NCBI GenBank assembly: GCA_951406725.2
Contig: OX597823.1
Location: forward strand, 14,260,001-14,324,000
DNA: 64,000 nt
Origin: Octopus vulgaris
Taxonomy: Eukaryota
Direction of reading: 5' to 3'
Part shown: positions 13,507 to 28,268 of the stretch, piece by piece
How positions within the stretch are numbered: position 1 is the stretch's first letter
Layout: every line of letters starts with the position of its first letter
Program-made: the position numbers and the translations under genes
The notes under the pieces: generated by a model
The model's input: the letters and a program-made list of their open reading frames with translations, nothing else
The model's database searches: none
What the model was told of the DNA's origin: nothing

Positions 13507-14355
13507 TGTGTGTGTGATTTAAATGCGCTTCGGTCACGTATGTTTTTTTCTCCAACTTGCATTATATCACGTTTTGTCGTATCATGTTTCTACCGTAACA
13601 AATGTTCTTCTTCTTATTTCTGCTGCTGCTGCTGCTCATTAGCCCCAAGTTAGCCCTGCACAATATGATCAACAATATTTCAGCTATTTATCAACTTGTT
13701 AATTTTCTTAATGACACACTTATATGTATCGTAAACACATTGTCCAAGCATCCATTTTTACGCCAATTGAGGGTACATCGTAATTGAGGGAACATTGATA
13801 GTTATTTCTAGCAAACCAGACGTCTGCATTGAGGTCTCTGTTATTTACTCGTGATCGTGTACAATGCAGACGATGGCTTGTGTAACCGTTGTTGTTATTA
13901 TTGCTGCTGCTGCTGTTGCTGTTGTTGTTGTTATTGTTTTTGGTGTTGGTGGTCATGGTGGTAGTAATACTGCTTTTGTTGTTGTTGTTGGTGGTGTTGT
14001 TGTTGTTGTTGTTGGTGTTGTTGGTGGTGGTGTTATTGGTGTTGTGAGGAAGCGTGTCTGTGCTTTATCATCTTTCATTGTCATCGAAAGCGTGTTTCAA
14101 AATTCCACAGCTGTTCTATATCACACTGACCTTCGCACATGCGCAAAACACACGCACACACACACTCGTCTGTGTGTGTTAGTGGGTGTTTGTATGCTTG
14201 TGTGTACATACATACATACATACAAAACATAGACACACGTCGTCACACATACCTCCACACATGCCTAAATCCATAATGACATAAATACATAACCATATCT
14301 TTTAAGACGTGATTTTCTTTTAGCGCAGATACACACATAAGTATTGACAGACACA

Positions 14356-14424
<69 letters not shown>

Positions 14425-14664
14425 ATATGTTTGTATATACATACGTATATCTCTATATCTGTGCGTCGCTTTTGCGGCATTGTATCATGTGATCAACCAG
14501 GCAGCGAATGAAAGGCCGTCACCTGATTACGCTGACATAGTTCATACACAGTATCGTACCTGGTGCCCTTTGTACTACTTGACAGAAAACAATGAACAGT
14601 AAAGCGCAGGCGCATACACTCACACACATATACGATCATACACACATACATATATTAAAAATAA

Positions 14665-14920
14665 ATAAATGCACCCTTTTAAAGCCTAGCCAGGCTCATG
14701 GGCCCGGTTTCCCGGTTTCTATGGCGTATGTGTTCTCCAACTGGACGGGACGCCAGTCCATCGCAGCGTTTACTCATTTTTGCCAGTTGGGTGGACTGGA
14801 GCTACGTGAAATGAAGTGTTCTGCTCAAGAGCACAACGCGTCGCCCGGTCCAGGAATCGACACCACAATCTTACGATCATGATGCTGACACCCTAACCAC
14901 TAAGCCACACGCCTCCACCA
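14665..14920 (-). mobile_element. tRNA-derived SINE
   Basis: Head GTGGAGGCGTGTGGCTTAGTGGTTAGGG..GTCGATTCC; body CTTGAGCAGAACACTT..GCTCCAGTCCAC. Confidence 0.82.
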
Positions 14921-14927
14921 CATACAC

Positions 14928-14960
<33 letters not shown>

Positions 14961-15479
14961 TGTATGTATGTATGTATGTATGTATGTATGTATGTATGTA
15001 TGTATGTGTGTGTGTATGTATGTATGTACGTATGTATGTATGTATGTATGTATGTATGTATATATGTATGTATGTATGTATGTATGTGTGTATGTATGTA
15101 TGTACGTATGTATGTATGTATGTATGTATGTATGCATGTATGTACGTATGTATGCATGCATGTATGTATGTATGTATGTATGTATGTATGTGTGTGTGTG
15201 TATGCATGTATGTATGTATGTATGTATGTATGTATGTATGTATGTATGTGTATGTATGTATGTGTGTGTGTATGTATGTATGTATGTATGTATGTATGTA
15301 TGTATGTATGTATGTATGTATGTATGTATGTATGTATGTATGTATGTGTGTGTGTATGTATGCATGCATGCATGTATGTATGTATGTATGTATGTATGTA
15401 TGTATGTATGTATGTATGTATGCATATTAAGGAAATCTTCATTCATCATTTCGATTAACAAAATACCTTCGCTGTAGTA

Positions 15480-15975
15480 CAGTGATCCCTCGCTACTTCG
15501 CGGTTCAATTATCGCGGATTCACGACTTCGCGGATTTTAAAAATATATATATGTGATCGCCTAAAATTTTTCATTAAATCCATTAAAATATTAATGATAA
15601 ATATTATTTCCTAGTCTAGGAACAACAAAACAAGCATAAAATAGCAAAAAAAGCATATACATGGGTATTTGAACTTAAAACAGGTTGTGATTGGTGCAAT
15701 GGAGAGAGACGACGAATCACAGCCTTCTATTTTGTAATCTGGCCTGTGTAACAGTAACAATCTTTTTTTTTTTAATCTAAAGTGTTATTGCTTAACAGTT
15801 GTCCTTGTTATTAATAGACTACTGTAATTGGTGGGTTGTTAACAGAATAGGGAGGGTTTTAAAGTCCAAGTACACGTTAAATAAATACTGTAAATATGGT
15901 GTCCCAACTTCGCGGAAATTCAGTTATCGCGGTCGGTCTCGGAACCAATCTACCGCGATAGACGAGGGATCACTG
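15480..15975. mobile_element. pogo/Tigger-like MITE
   Basis: TIR CAGTGATCCCTCG / CGAGGGATCACTG, TA TSD, subterminal TCGCGG repeats. Confidence 0.88.
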
Positions 15976-16895
15976 TACTTGTAAAATATTTTGAATAGGG
16001 TAAAAACGTAAGATTTCAAGAATGGGAAAGAACTGTAGATGAATACAAATACGAATGGCAAAGCAGAAATTCTTATCTACTGCATCACATGCCTACAACA
16101 CAACGAGAATTATATCAGTCAAACGGGATGAGAATTAATAAATCGATGTAAGGTACATAAGCAACAAATCAAAGTTAAATTTCTTAGAAATATTAAATTT
16201 AATAAACATCATGACACTTGTGCAAATTGGAAACTCCAAATACACCTGTTTTTCAAATTGCAGGAAGGAAAGGATAATGTATGAAATGCAAGAATTCTAA
16301 ATCCGAAAGGAAACTAGAAACAGTCAATACCGCTACTAAAACTGCTTTCGCTGTACAGTTTATCCCATAATACGTGTGCTTGGAAAGCTGTAAACAGTAA
16401 AAGCTTTGTTAATATAATACGAAAACTTCATTCCAAAAGATTTATGTTGCGCTGTTTTTAAACAGAAATTTGTTTTAGATAATTAATAATTTATATTATT
16501 TAGGAAAATTTTTCTTTGTATTAAGAATTCTTTCTTAATAAATTGCTGGCTTTGTGCTAAAATTTGAAGCCTCTAAGAATTCTTTCTGGAAACTTTTTAA
16601 AATAGGTACATACAAAAGTATGTATGTATGTATGTATGTATGTATGTATGTATGTATGTATGTATGTATGTATGTATGTATGTATGTATGCATGTTTATG
16701 TGTATGTATGTATGTATGCATGCATGCATGTATGTATGTATGTATGTATGTATGTATGTATGTATGTATGTATGTATGTATGTATGTATGCATGTGTGTG
16801 TGTGTATGTATGTATGTATGTATGTATATATGTATGTATGTATGTATGCATGCAAGTATGAATGCACATATATATATATATATATTTTTTACATC

Positions 16896-16962
<67 letters not shown>

Positions 16963-17474
16963 TGGAATGAGTGTTAGCCAGTTATCAGTTATGGTAAAAT
17001 TTATATAAGTGATATAAAGCATTTATTACAAATATATAAGTGAAGCGAACCGATATGAACACACACACACTCAGACACACACACATATATAAATAGGAGT
17101 ATGTATGTATGTATGTATGTATGTATGTATGTATGTATGTATGTATGTATGTATGTATGTACGTGTGCAAGTGACGTGAACCAGTTGTGTCAGGTGTATA
17201 CGTGACATGAACCAGTTATAGCCGAACAGAGAAGTGAAGTGAATGAGTTGTGGCAACTAGGGTGAGATGAAGCCAAGAAAAGTAAATCTAGCCAGTTGAG
17301 AAATTGCCAAATAATGAAATGTCACGCACGCACACGCACGGACATACACGCACATATATAAACATACATACATGCATACACACACACACACATACACGTA
17401 CGCATGCACCAGTTCTGGTGAATCAATAATTATTTCTATATCTATATTTTTGCGTAAATCTTCGCTTTTGTCTT

Positions 17475-18245
17475 GCGAGTCGTTACTGTCTGGTTGTGAC
17501 GTATAATTGACTGTGGTTTCCTAGCTGAGACAGGCAATGAGTCGTAGCTGTATGATCACAGTTGGTCGATTAGGATATACAAGGACTCGTAGCTGAATGG
17601 TTAAGTAATATGTACAAAGGTTGCCAGCTGATTAGCTGGGATATACAAAAGGCTTCTGCTCTAACTGTTCGGAGCACATACGGGTCTGTAACTGGCTAAC
17701 TGTGTTGTTGTTTGTTCCTTCTCAAGCCATGCCTAGCTTATAAGGGCCGTTTTCCCAGTTTCGTTGGCGTATAGGTCCCCCATCTGGACGGAACGCCAGT
17801 CCGTCGGAGGTGAGCTAGCTGCAAGATGCAGGAGAAAAGAGTGAGAGAAAGTTGTGGCGAAAGAGTCAGCAGAAGTTCGCCATTACCTTCTGCCAGAGCC
17901 GCGTGGAGCTTAGGTACTTCGCTCATAAACACACACATCGCCCGGTCTGAGATTCGAACCCGCGATCCCTCGACTGCGAGTCCGCTGATCTAACCACTAG
18001 GCCACGTGCCTCCACAACTGGCTAACTGTAGCATTCAAAGAGCCGTAGCTGATTGTCTGGAACAAATAAGGGCTCGTAGCTGACTGATTGGTTATACAAA
18101 GAGTCATATCTGACGGTTAGTGGTATGCAAAGACTGCTGGCTGACTGGTTGGGACACCGAAGAGCTCGTAGCTGAATGGCAGGAGTATGCAAAGGACCAT
18201 AGCTAACAGCATACAAATCGTCATAACTGGTTGAAGGGGCTATAC
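17475..18245. repeat. Highly diverged ~31-bp minisatellite interrupted by a SINE
   Basis: Recurrent unit resembling GA(G/C)TCGTAGCTGA.TGGTT...TATACAAA on both sides of the 17704-18015 SINE. Confidence 0.75.
17704..18015 (-). mobile_element. tRNA-Arg-like-headed SINE
   Basis: A and B boxes; 14-bp TSD AACTGGCTAACTGT (17690-17703 / 18016-18029). Confidence 0.9.
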
Positions 18246-18321
18246 CAGTAGTTCCCAACCTGGGGTTCGCAAAGGTAGTACTGAGGGTCCGTGAACTAAG
18301 TTCAAAATTTCATATACATAT

Positions 18322-18425
18322 GCAGCTTGGGTTTCAAGGGCCCGCAGTCTGAGGAACATGCACAAAGTAAATGTAGGGGTTTTTAAATCAAAGCTGGACC
18401 TCTTCCTGTCGAGAGTCCCAGATTC
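18322..18425 (+). mobile_element. LINE RT C-terminal fragment
   Basis: SLGFKGPQ..VGVFKSKLDLFLSRVPD, homologous to 42080-42210. Confidence 0.6.
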
Positions 18426-19315
18426 AGCTGATTGTATTTACTATGTGGACTAAATTAGTCGGTTGTGATTTTTGGTGCCTCTCACTGCTATGCAATATCG
18501 TCTCTCGTTGAAAGACATGTTTTTAAACCAACGAGACCCAAACATTAGCTAAAGGAAGATCTGTAAGTTAAAAGTATTACTAGCAACGATCTTGACCAAC
18601 ATTCATTCATTCATATATAAGTATATATGTATGTATGTACGATCTAGAATATTAGCATGGACCTTGCTCAAGAGTGACATGCAAATTCGTGAAGCGTTTC
18701 CTATCGTTTTAAAGGCGCTGTCGTGGCTGTTTGATAACAACGTTGGTTCCGAACCTCATGGTCCCGGGTTCAGTTCCACTGCATGGCACCTTGGGCAAGT
18801 GTCTTTTACTATAACCACGAGCTGACCAAAGCCTTGTGAGTGGATTTGGTAGACGGGAACTGAAAGAAGACCGTCGTATATGTGTGTGTGGGTCTTTGTG
18901 TTTGTGTATCTATAACTATGTTTGTGTATGTGTTTATCGGTCTGTCTGTCTAACCACATGGACCTGGGTTCAGTCCCATTGCATGGTGAGTGTCTTCTAG
19001 GTCTTCGACCAAAACTTTATAAGTGGATTTGATTGGCTGAAACAGAATGAACCCCTTAGTAAACATGTGTATATGCTTATGTCTGTGGGTGTCTTAGTGT
19101 CTGTGTGGTTTCTCCACCACCGCTCGACAATGGGCGTTGGTGCGTTTTCCTTCCACGATCCCAAGCGGTTCGACAAAAGTAACCGATATAATAAGCACCA
19201 GGTTTTTAAAAAATAACTACCGGGTTCGATTCACTCGATTAAAAGTACGTCAAGGCTGTGTTCCGGCATGGTCACGGTGTAATGGCTGAAATAAATTCAG
19301 GTTAAAAGATAAAAG

Positions 19316-19365
<50 letters not shown>

Positions 19366-19452
19366 ACAAATACACGCACTGATATATGCTTACATAAAAT
19401 TACATTTATAAATGGATGTATACATACGTAAAAATATATATCTTTATGTATA

Positions 19453-19574
<122 letters not shown>

Positions 19575-19601
19575 AGTGTATATATATATACATATACATT
19601 C

Positions 19602-19632
<31 letters not shown>

Positions 19633-19669
19633 AAGGGAGTGATAACTATACATAAAGATATATATTTTT

Positions 19670-19977
19670 ACGTACGTACATACATACACACATACATACA
19701 TACATACATACATACATACATACAAACACACATACATATATACATACCTACATACACACATACATACACACATACGCACACATACATACACATATGCACA
19801 CATACATACATGCATACATACATACATACATACATACATACATACATACATACATACATACATACATACATGCACACATACATACACACATACACACATA
19901 CACACATACAACATACATACATCCATCCATACATACATACATACATACACACATACATACATACATACATACATACA

Positions 19978-20011
<34 letters not shown>

Positions 20012-20161
20012 CATACATACATACACACATACATACATACATACATACATACATACATACACACATACATACATACATACATACATACACACATGCATAC
20101 ATACATACATACATACATACATACATGCATACATACATACATACATACATACATACATACA

Positions 20162-20193
<32 letters not shown>

Positions 20194-20490
20194 CATACAT
20201 ACATACATACATACATACATACATACATACATACATACATACATACATACATACATACATACACATGCATACATACATACATACATACATACATACATAC
20301 ATACATACATACATACATACATACATACATACATACATACATACATACATACATACATACATACATACATACATACATCCATCCATCCATCCATACATAC
20401 ACACATACATACATACATACATACATACATACATACATACATACATACATACATGCATGCATACATACATACATACACACACACACCCAC
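19670..20490. repeat. Long (CATA)n tetranucleotide array (others at 14930-15423, 16619-16850, 50440-51260, 61735-62600; (TATC)n at 43503-43611 and 43842-44038)
   Basis: Directly visible; source of the HTYI/MYVC pseudo-ORFs. Confidence 0.97.
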
Positions 20491-21151
20491 ACATAATCAC
20501 CAAAAGAATATGAATGAAATAACCATTATCTTTTTTTTTTTTGACAACTCTTTATACAACTATTTTGTGTGTATAATCTATAAAAACCTATTTTTTGCCT
20601 CAAATATTGAGCTGAAAAATTATAATGATAGATTATTTGTCTCTTTTTTTTTTTTTTTTAGTTTTTTTCTCAAACACGAGAAAAAGTCAACAACAAATAG
20701 ACGATAAAAGGACGCACGTACACATATTATAAATTCATATACACACCCAGTCGTATTTACACACGTTTATAATAAAAACACTCGCTCACGTACAATATCT
20801 AACTCAACAACTGAAAATAACCTTACACCATGATCTAAATATAAAATGCGTCGATAGATATTAGTGGCGTGGCGTGTTGTTAGCGAATCATCACAAACAA
20901 AAAGATAAGAATCGTGATTTTGTTTGTCTCAACAGTGTCAAAACAAAGCTATCATAAATTTTAATAGCATTTTAGATCCCAAGTGTATCTCTTAGGTTCG
21001 TAATTTAAGTATAAATCACATACACACACACACACATACACACACACATACACATACACATATACACCCACACATATCTATAAGCTATATCTATAAATGT
21101 GTATGTGCATATATAAATGTGTGTGTGTGTGTTTGTGTGTGTGTATGTATG

Positions 21152-21207
<56 letters not shown>

Positions 21208-21416
21208 AATACAAATATATTTATATATAATATGATATATATATATATATATACGTAGTATATAAATATATATGTATATATATATATATACATATATATT
21301 TATATAAAATATATATATATATACATAATATATATATACACTTACATATATGCATATATATATATACACACATACATATATACATACATATATATACACG
21401 TATATACATACATACA

Positions 21417-21498
<82 letters not shown>

Positions 21499-21879
21499 TC
21501 TGTGTAATGCGTGTGTGTGTGTGTGTGTGTTTTCTCGAACAAACGAGAGAAAAACGACTTGATACATTTTCTGGTGTATACTTATTTATGAATATGAATC
21601 TGCTGATTAGAATCATCGCTGCTTTGAGCTTCTAGTTCGACGGGATCCTTCAGGCGACAACAGAAATATTTGACTGTGCAATGGTCTCGGGCTGTACCGA
21701 AAGTCTCTCTACGATGGGCCTTATCTTATTTTCCTTAGTCACAACAGGTTATATAGTTTGGTGTTATTATGAATTAACGTACATTTCACAGAACAGATAA
21801 ATGTACAACTGTTGTGCGATAAACTTTTATTCTCAATGTTTCTAGAGGTTAACTCTATGGGCGTGCTTGATTATTCATA

Positions 21880-23710
21880 GGTTAGAATTATATATTATAT
21901 TTTTAGATTTGAATATAGATTATAATGTTGAATTTAAATGCAATAAGAGTGAGTACTTTTCAAAATGTCTATGAATATACTGTCTTAACACTTCTGTATA
22001 TTATGCTATCTGTTGCTATTGATATATGACATTTTTCAGCAATGCGTAGATTGCATGCAATTTGGCATTGTTTTTACGGCAATACTCTATTTTCTCAGGA
22101 TATTGTTATTCATTTACTATTGACACTATAGGAATATTGGGACCACGGTTGTGGATAGTTTCTGCGCTGGTTTAGGAGGCGTATATATGTTATATACACT
22201 GATTTTTTAAAAGAGTTCGCTGTTAGGTCTATTGCTGTTACTGTGTTTTATATAAAAGTGATTTCGAATAAGCACTTTGCATTTAGTAGGTGGGTTAGAG
22301 TATTTTGAAGTCGCATTCAGGCTGCTGGAATGGTGAATTATTTCTGCTTTAAATTATATAAAAAATTTGGGAGAGCTATTTTATTTAAGCAATAGAAGCT
22401 AACCTGTATGCTGTTTTAATTGATAATTTTCTGCTTCTTACTTGTGTTATGAAAACGCTTTTATTTTTCGTGAAGAGCTATTTACTTGATAACTGGCGAC
22501 ATTCACAATATATGGAGGATTGTACCAGGTAATTTACGCTTTCCTAAGTTTATTGTTTGTGTAGATTATTTGCGTTTTATAAACTTTAGTTTTCACTAAA
22601 TACACTCTTGGGTAATACGTTGATATAATGAGAGCGGTGATGTTGTTAAATCTTTCCCTATTAAGATGAGAGATTCAATATTCTTCTATATGCATTTCCT
22701 GTTAAGTTTTTTTCTTTTTATTTTGTTGTGTGGGGTGCATAGAGATGCCTTTGTTGATGTCTACTGCTTCTCTTTTGGCTTTTCAGTAAAGGTACTATTT
22801 ACCTGTGTTCAAGTATAGTGTAATACAGAAAAAATTCTCATTCTAAGTTTTAGATTGATGTATATAAATATACTGATTTGTATTTTCTTAAAGTTGTGAA
22901 TATCATGGCCATCCGTCTTGTAAGACTTAGCCGAGGTACGTTATTATTTTAGTATGACCAGTCAGTAATTCGGAAATTCCTACAACGTCGAAGTCACACA
23001 GGGACAGCTCGTTGAACAGCACATTTACATATTACTTGACCCAGAAAGGGTCACAGTAAAATAAGAGCCACTCACGTGAGTTTATAGTTATGTTTATGTC
23101 TGTGCCGCCCAATGTTCCTTGTAAACCAAAGTTAATTAATCGGAGCTAAGCTCTATTTGTTTCGGTTATAGAGATGAATGTTTTCCGAATTTTTAATCTT
23201 TCAGGTGAGGTTTACAAATGGATGAATGAAATTCCATTTATATTGAATTGGCTGAATCTCAGTCATGTTTTTCTATCTTTGTTGATAAATTGCAAGAGTA
23301 CGGTCCTGCTATAGCACCATGCTGATAAAACCATCGTGGTTAATTTTAGAATCTAAAATATGTGTCCTAGCTATGCTCATTTCATTTCTGGGATGCAGTT
23401 GTGAATTATTAGTCTACGCATGGGGGTTGAAGCAAGCTTAAGTAGTGGCCCTTTGATGAGATATGTACATAGCACTTGCTGAAGTGTTTAATGCCATTTT
23501 CTATATTTAACTGTGGTGCCAATGTTTTCGTTTAGTATTTATTATAAGTGTTGAAGCTGCCTTTTTTATGATTCTCTTGTATTATCAGCTACTAACTTGA
23601 TACATACAGTTCTGTCTGATTGATAAAAAATCTTATTATTTCTAGATGTGTTGGTAATGCCTATTTATCAAAGAAGAATACTTTGTCTAACGCCTATGAA
23701 TTTCTCTATC
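21880..23710 (-). mobile_element. Heavily decayed Penelope-like element (RT and GIY-YIG)
   Basis: Collinear degenerate motifs on the minus strand: RRLII..ILD, QFNINGF (FDIxxFY), SREWLLF..W.K, NFFCITLYLNTGK, RRILNLSS, RKRKITWYNPPY, LLNAKCL, CNLRIAEK. May continue beyond the Helitron to ~24600. Confidence 0.75.
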
Positions 23711-23715
23711 AAATA

Positions 23716-24238
23716 TCTATATTAATAAAAGCGAAATTCTGTCTGTCCGTCTTGGATCCCTGTATCTCAATCTATATTGGCTTTACATAGACATATTATA
23801 ACTTTTTGGAATGAGGATGATCTCGGGATTGAAAATCTGCCCTTCATTTGGTTCTTGAATATCCAGCATTAGGATCTGATGTAAAAGCATTTTGGTTGCT
23901 TTTTATAGTAGCTAAAGCTTGACTGATTAGTTGGCGTTTGTCAGATGAAGTTAGAGATCAAGAGGGAAATAAATGACATTCGCTTCGTCACTTTTGCATC
24001 GAGATAAAAACTTTGGGACAAATTCGCCAACAGTTGGAATTCAACTTGGGACTGTAACAAAAGAACGATTGCATTACAGAATTAATTTTCATCTGGTGAA
24101 ACATCATCGGGGCGTATAGTCATCATAGACGCATTATAGTCATGCTATTTAGCTCCCTTTAGTTTTGGGTCACAGGTCCAATTAGCCCTCCACAGGAGCT
24201 AACTGAGAAGTCCTCACGGAGTGCGGCTTTTAAGCTAG
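23716..24238 (+). mobile_element. Non-autonomous Helitron
   Basis: 5' TCTATATTAATAAAAG..CTGTCTGTCC, 3' imperfect GC-rich hairpin (CCTCACGGAGTGCGG) then CTAG; inserted between A and T with no TSD; interrupts the PLE relic. Confidence 0.8.
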
Positions 24239-24740
24239 TTTCATATAAAGCTATAATATAATAACAGGATGCTTCTTTTATGAGATTTGATGGAAGGATA
24301 TGGGTTTATCCCCAGGTTTGTGATCTCGGTTCTAGGAAGGTCTTGACTAGATAGGAGTCGATTGTACAAGCTTTTTGCTTAAAAACGAATGAGAGTACTT
24401 AACTTTTGCTATGGAATTACTCCTTCCGGGAATACATTGACAGTACAGTATTATTTCTCAGTAACTACCTAGATTTCATTAGTTTATATGACAAAAACAC
24501 ATGGTTAGTGTGATCTGTCATGATGTCGAGTCCGATTCGGCTCAAACCGTCATCAATTTTATCGTTGCTTGAAGACTCGCAAGTAATGGGATCTCTTGAG
24601 TAACAAGCATCTGGTTCCACCAACTTCATATACATATATACACACATACATACTTACGTACGTACACACACACACACACACACACATATATACACGCACA
24701 CACATACATACATATAAATGTGCTTATGTATGTATTTATG

Positions 24741-24845
<105 letters not shown>

Positions 24846-24847
24846 TA

Positions 24848-26164
24848 CGAGGGACGTTCAATAAGTAATGCCTCTGACTCACTTGCAGTTGTTTGATCTA
24901 GCTGAAATTTTGCATGTGCAATCATTTATATCTCTATACAGTAAGTGGCAAATTACAGGTTTCTGATTTACAGGTGTTTGAACCGAGTCAAGTGTGAAAT
25001 GGAGCCTGTTGAGTGTCGAGCAGTGATCCGGTTTTTGTATTTGAAAGGACGCACACCACGGGAGACTTTTGATGAAATGAAAGTAACTTATCATCATCAT
25101 TGTTCGACCGTGGTCGAGACTTTCATAGTCTTTTCAAATGGCTAATAATGTAGTGATGATGCCCATCATATGACCTTGTAAAACGTTGGCATCGTGAATT
25201 CAAACATGGTCGGAACTCTGTGGAAACAGCTCCCAGATCTGGTCGCCCCCTTCTGCCATTGATGAGGCATCTGTCCGTCAAGTTGAGGCTGCCATTTTGG
25301 AAGATCGACGCATAATTATTCGCCAAATAGTCCATGAGGTCAAGATTAGTACCGGGTCTGTGGAAACTATCATTCATGACCATTTGCATATGCAAAAGGT
25401 GTCTGCCAGATGGATTCCCAGGTTGCTCACGCCTTTACAGAAGCAAGAACGCGTCGAGTGCTCGAGGATGAATTTGGAGATGTGCCAAGAAGATGAGTCA
25501 AAATTTTTCAAAAGACTGATTACACAGGATGAAACCTGGGTTCATCACGATGATCCAGAGACCAAAGCCCAGTCAATGCAATGGAAGCACCGTGACTCAC
25601 CCCCTCCAAAGAAGGCAAGGGTGCAGCCCTCCGCTGGCAAGGTCATGCTCACAGTCTTCTGGGACCAGGACGGAGTAGTGATGACAGATTTCCTTGCAGG
25701 AGCCTATTATGCCTCACTTTTGAGGAAATTAAGAGAAGCTATCAAAATCAAGAGGCGGGGCAAGATCAGCAAAGGCATCCTCCTCCTGCAGGACAACGCT
25801 CCGGTCCACAATTCGCTTGTCGCCAGATCAGAAGCACAGGCGTATGGCTATGAACTCCTCCCTCATCCCCCCTACTTTCCTGACCTTCCACCCTCTGATT
25901 TTCACCTCTTCCCAATCATGAAGTTGTTTTTGAAAGGAAAGCGTTTCCCAGATGATGCAGCCTTGATTTCTGAAGTCCCGTTGAGGTTGGAGGACCAAGC
26001 TGGGTTCTTCTACAAAAACGGTCTCCAGAGCCACATCAAACGATGGGAGAAATGCGTAACTCTGGGTGGTTCCTATGTAGAAAAAGACTAATAACTCTGC
26101 CACGTTTCGTTGCTCTACTGCTATGGGAAGTGGGTCAGGGGCATTACTTATTGAACGCCCCTCG
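24848..26164 (+). mobile_element. Full-length mariner DNA transposon (DD34D, irritans-like), inactivated
   Basis: TIRs CGAGGGACGTTCAATAAGTAATGCCTCTGAC (24848) and GTCAGGGGCATTACTTATTGAACGCCCCTCG (ending 26164); TA on both sides within (TA)n; 1317 bp; encodes a transposase. Confidence 0.96.
24999..26091 (+). pseudogene. Mariner transposase pseudogene
   Basis: N-terminal HTH region MEPVECRAVIRFLYLKG, linker WIPRLL, catalytic TQDETW / LLQDNAP / [11 protein letters not shown] with 34 residues between the 2nd and 3rd Asp. Broken by a ~60-nt insertion at ~25091-25151 and frameshifts, with an apparent in-frame deletion at DFL^AGAYY. ORF 25297-26091 holds the catalytic domain. Confidence 0.93.
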
Positions 26165-26198
26165 TATATATGTATATATATATGTATATATATATATA

Positions 26199-26239
<41 letters not shown>

Positions 26240-26268
26240 GTGTATATATGTATATATATATATATGTA

Positions 26269-26331
<63 letters not shown>

Positions 26332-26533
26332 TTCTGTATTTTTATATACGCATGTATGTATTTATGTGTATGATTTCAGAGTGTAATGGTTGCCTATGAT
26401 CTAACCAACCGATTTCATCATCATCGCGATAATCATACTAATTTCCGTCCCCACTTTCTTCATTTTCTTCTTCTTCCTCGATCCGCCTCTTCTCCGCCAC
26501 CTCCTCCTCCTCCTCTTCTCCTCTCCACGTCCT

Positions 26534-26828
26534 CTTTCTTCTTCTTCTTCTTCTTCTTCTTCTTCTTCTTCTTCTTCTTCTTCTTCTTCTTCTTCTTCTT
26601 CTTCTTCTTCTTCTTCTTCTTCTTCTTCTTCTTCTTCTTCTTCTTCTTCTTCTTCTTCTTCTTCTTCTTCTTCTTCTTCTTCTTCTTCGTTTCCAAGCTT
26701 TCCTATCTTCTTCCTTCCCTCCACCATTACCACTGCTACCAATACCACCAACACCACTACCACCACCACCACCACCACCACTACCACCACCATCAGCATC
26801 ACCACCACCACCAGCACCAGCCACCACC

Positions 26829-26859
<31 letters not shown>

Positions 26860-27124
26860 CCACCACAACCACAACCATCACCACCATCACCAGCACCAGC
26901 ACCAGCACCAGCACCAGCACCACGACCACCACTACCAGCACCATCACCACCATCACCACCACCACCACCACCACCACCACCACCACCACGACCACCACCA
27001 CCAACACCACCACCATCACCACCACCAACACCACCAACACCACCACCAGCAGCACCACCACCACAACCACCACCACCACCACCACCACCACCACCACAAC
27101 ACCACCACCACCACCACCAACACC

Positions 27125-27155
<31 letters not shown>

Positions 27156-27163
27156 CCAGCACC

Positions 27164-27194
<31 letters not shown>

Positions 27195-27250
27195 CCACCA
27201 CCACCACCACCACCACCACCACCACCACCACCACCACCACCACCAACAAC
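26534..27250. repeat. Pure (TTC)n tract followed by (CAC/ACC)n low-complexity array
   Basis: Directly visible; explains the poly-F/E/K/P/H pseudo-ORFs. Confidence 0.97.
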
Positions 27251-27815
27251 AAGAAAAGTTGTAGTCTAGTAATGTTCTTATCTCTATACGGTGTCGGACG
27301 AATGGACTAAACAGTTGCTATGAAAAATAACAACAACAAAACCAAAAAAAAACCAACAAAACGAAACAAAAAAGGGACATTGTTCAAGGTCGTTTGAACG
27401 GTTAGAGATAGCAGCCAAATAACAACCCAACAGTTTTACAAAACAAGGAAGGACACATTGTGTAATGCAGTCTTAAATACACTGCGCCAAGAAATAATAG
27501 ACACGATGGTCAAAGCTGAAACTCTGCAACACAGATCAATCAGCGTTCACTTCGGAATAAATAAGAACAATAACAATAATAAAAACAGTTGCCATGGAAA
27601 TCCTGAAACAGTGGAATACGGTGTGACCTCAACGTATAAACTGGCATCTCTTTGATCTAGGGAAATATATGGAACGCTTAAAGAATTGCAAAACAATACA
27701 ACACTACGCGGCAAAGAAGCCAGTGTGGGAGCTCCTACGTAGCCATTACGCCTGCAAGAAATAGCAGCATAGGCATAGCAGCGGTAACCACTTGCCTTCT
27801 TAAAAAAGAATATTG

Positions 27816-28268
27816 GGATCTTTTCGGTTTGAACGGCAGTTTTTAACATAATTTCTAGGTAACTAAAAAATTTTTAAACTTCGTATACTGGTAGAATGTG
27901 TTTATAAAACATCTTTTTCTCTGGGCTTTATTGAGAAAATTCTATGGTTTGTAAGATATTTGTTGTTTCTTTTTCTTCAATTTCTGCAATTTCAACCAAT
28001 CACTGACGTGTATCGAGGTAAAAAGACATTCTGTGCCGTATGAATATGTCCCTCGTTTAAGAAACAGATTGGGTTTATTTACATTTGTGAAGAAAAACAG
28101 ATACCCTTGCCCCACACCCCTAACCCTAACCCTAACCCCAACTAACCCTAACTAACCGAAACCCTAAAACAGATTGAAATGCAATAGATCGATACTAATG
28201 TCATAATTATGGGTGACAATTTCATATGACACCACTAGAAAAAACTGCTGTTCAAACCGAAGAGATCC
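27816..28268 (-). mobile_element. MITE family A, copy 2
   Basis: Same TIRs, reverse orientation, internal (CCCTAA)n; 8-bp TSD GAATATTG. Confidence 0.92.

Noticed and set aside
26386-27264. Poly-F/H/P ORF and the 44886-45638 Pro/Thr-rich mucin-like ORF
   Set aside because: Trinucleotide repeat tracts with no splice or domain support.
27588-27601. RFX X-box-like GTTGCCATGGAAAT
   Set aside because: A single imperfect motif with no supporting promoter context.
28115-28165. (CCCTAA)n / (TTAGGG)n as a telomere or chromosome-fusion scar
   Set aside because: The repeats are an internal part of MITE family A, at the same position in its copies.
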